From Deinococcales bacterium (lineage in GTDB: Bacteria > Deinococcota > Deinococci > Deinococcales > JAAFIG01), in contig JANYHH010000028.1 of assembly GCA_025359505.1 (NCBI GenBank), positions 66,134 to 130,133 of the forward strand: 64,000 nt of DNA, written 5' to 3'. Within the stretch, counting starts at the first letter, position 1. The number at the start of each line of letters is the position of its first letter. The translations under genes were made by a program, and so were the position numbers. The notes under the pieces were generated by a model that saw only the letters and a program-made list of their open reading frames with translations, had not been told where the DNA came from and ran no database searches. Shown here piece by piece: positions 63,998-64,000 of this stretch.

Positions 63998-64000
63998 AAG

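Noticed and set aside
1-64000. Search for the Deinococcus radiation/desiccation response motif (a ~17-bp palindrome bound by DdrO) and for ddr/ppr genes
   Set aside because: I did not recognise a convincing site or any ddr, pprA, irrE or ddrO gene. My recall of the consensus is imperfect, so this is a weak negative that needs a PWM scan.

Overview
GC-rich (by eye about 60% or more) chromosomal segment that looks like a Deinococcus genome. The lineage cues are a GlnRS fused to a C-terminal YqeY/GatB-like domain, a LysK-type M20 deacetylase, an amylosucrase sugar locus and structured SNR/MITE-like small repeats. I support about 57 protein-coding genes, mostly housekeeping or metabolic: thrC, purH, thiN, tpiA, glnS, kynA/kynU, sbcD, ppk2, tsaE, rqcH, a c-di-AMP receptor, two ABC importers and several regulators. 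I found no rRNA, tRNA or CRISPR array. The accessory content falls into three islets. (1) A solitary 1341-aa Type IIG restriction-modification fusion enzyme sits between two inverted copies of a 137-bp hairpin-rich MITE-like element, next to a DUF559 (Vsr-fold) endonuclease. (2) A decaying PIN/RHH toxin-antitoxin pair lies beside an orphan DUF104-like antitoxin. (3) An HTH-RHH antitoxin is followed by a 5'-truncated relE remnant, separated by about 155 bp of nested palindromes. The most striking signal is global. The palindrome CTCGAG (the XhoI site) occurs roughly 5-10 times per kb across the whole window, in all three coding frames and in intergenic DNA. That is more than an order of magnitude above a composition-based expectation and recalls the cyanobacterial HIP1 iterated palindrome. 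Other leads are a probable ZTP (pfl) riboswitch before purH, a REP-like GTAGGGGCGACC hairpin family with one copy translated in-frame inside glnS, an orphan ~1100-aa coiled-coil protein with a Roadblock/LC7-like C-terminus, an sdpR-sdpI-like immunity module without a toxin, and several perfect tandem duplications. Many long ORFs in the track are antisense shadow ORFs of this GC-rich DNA and were rejected.
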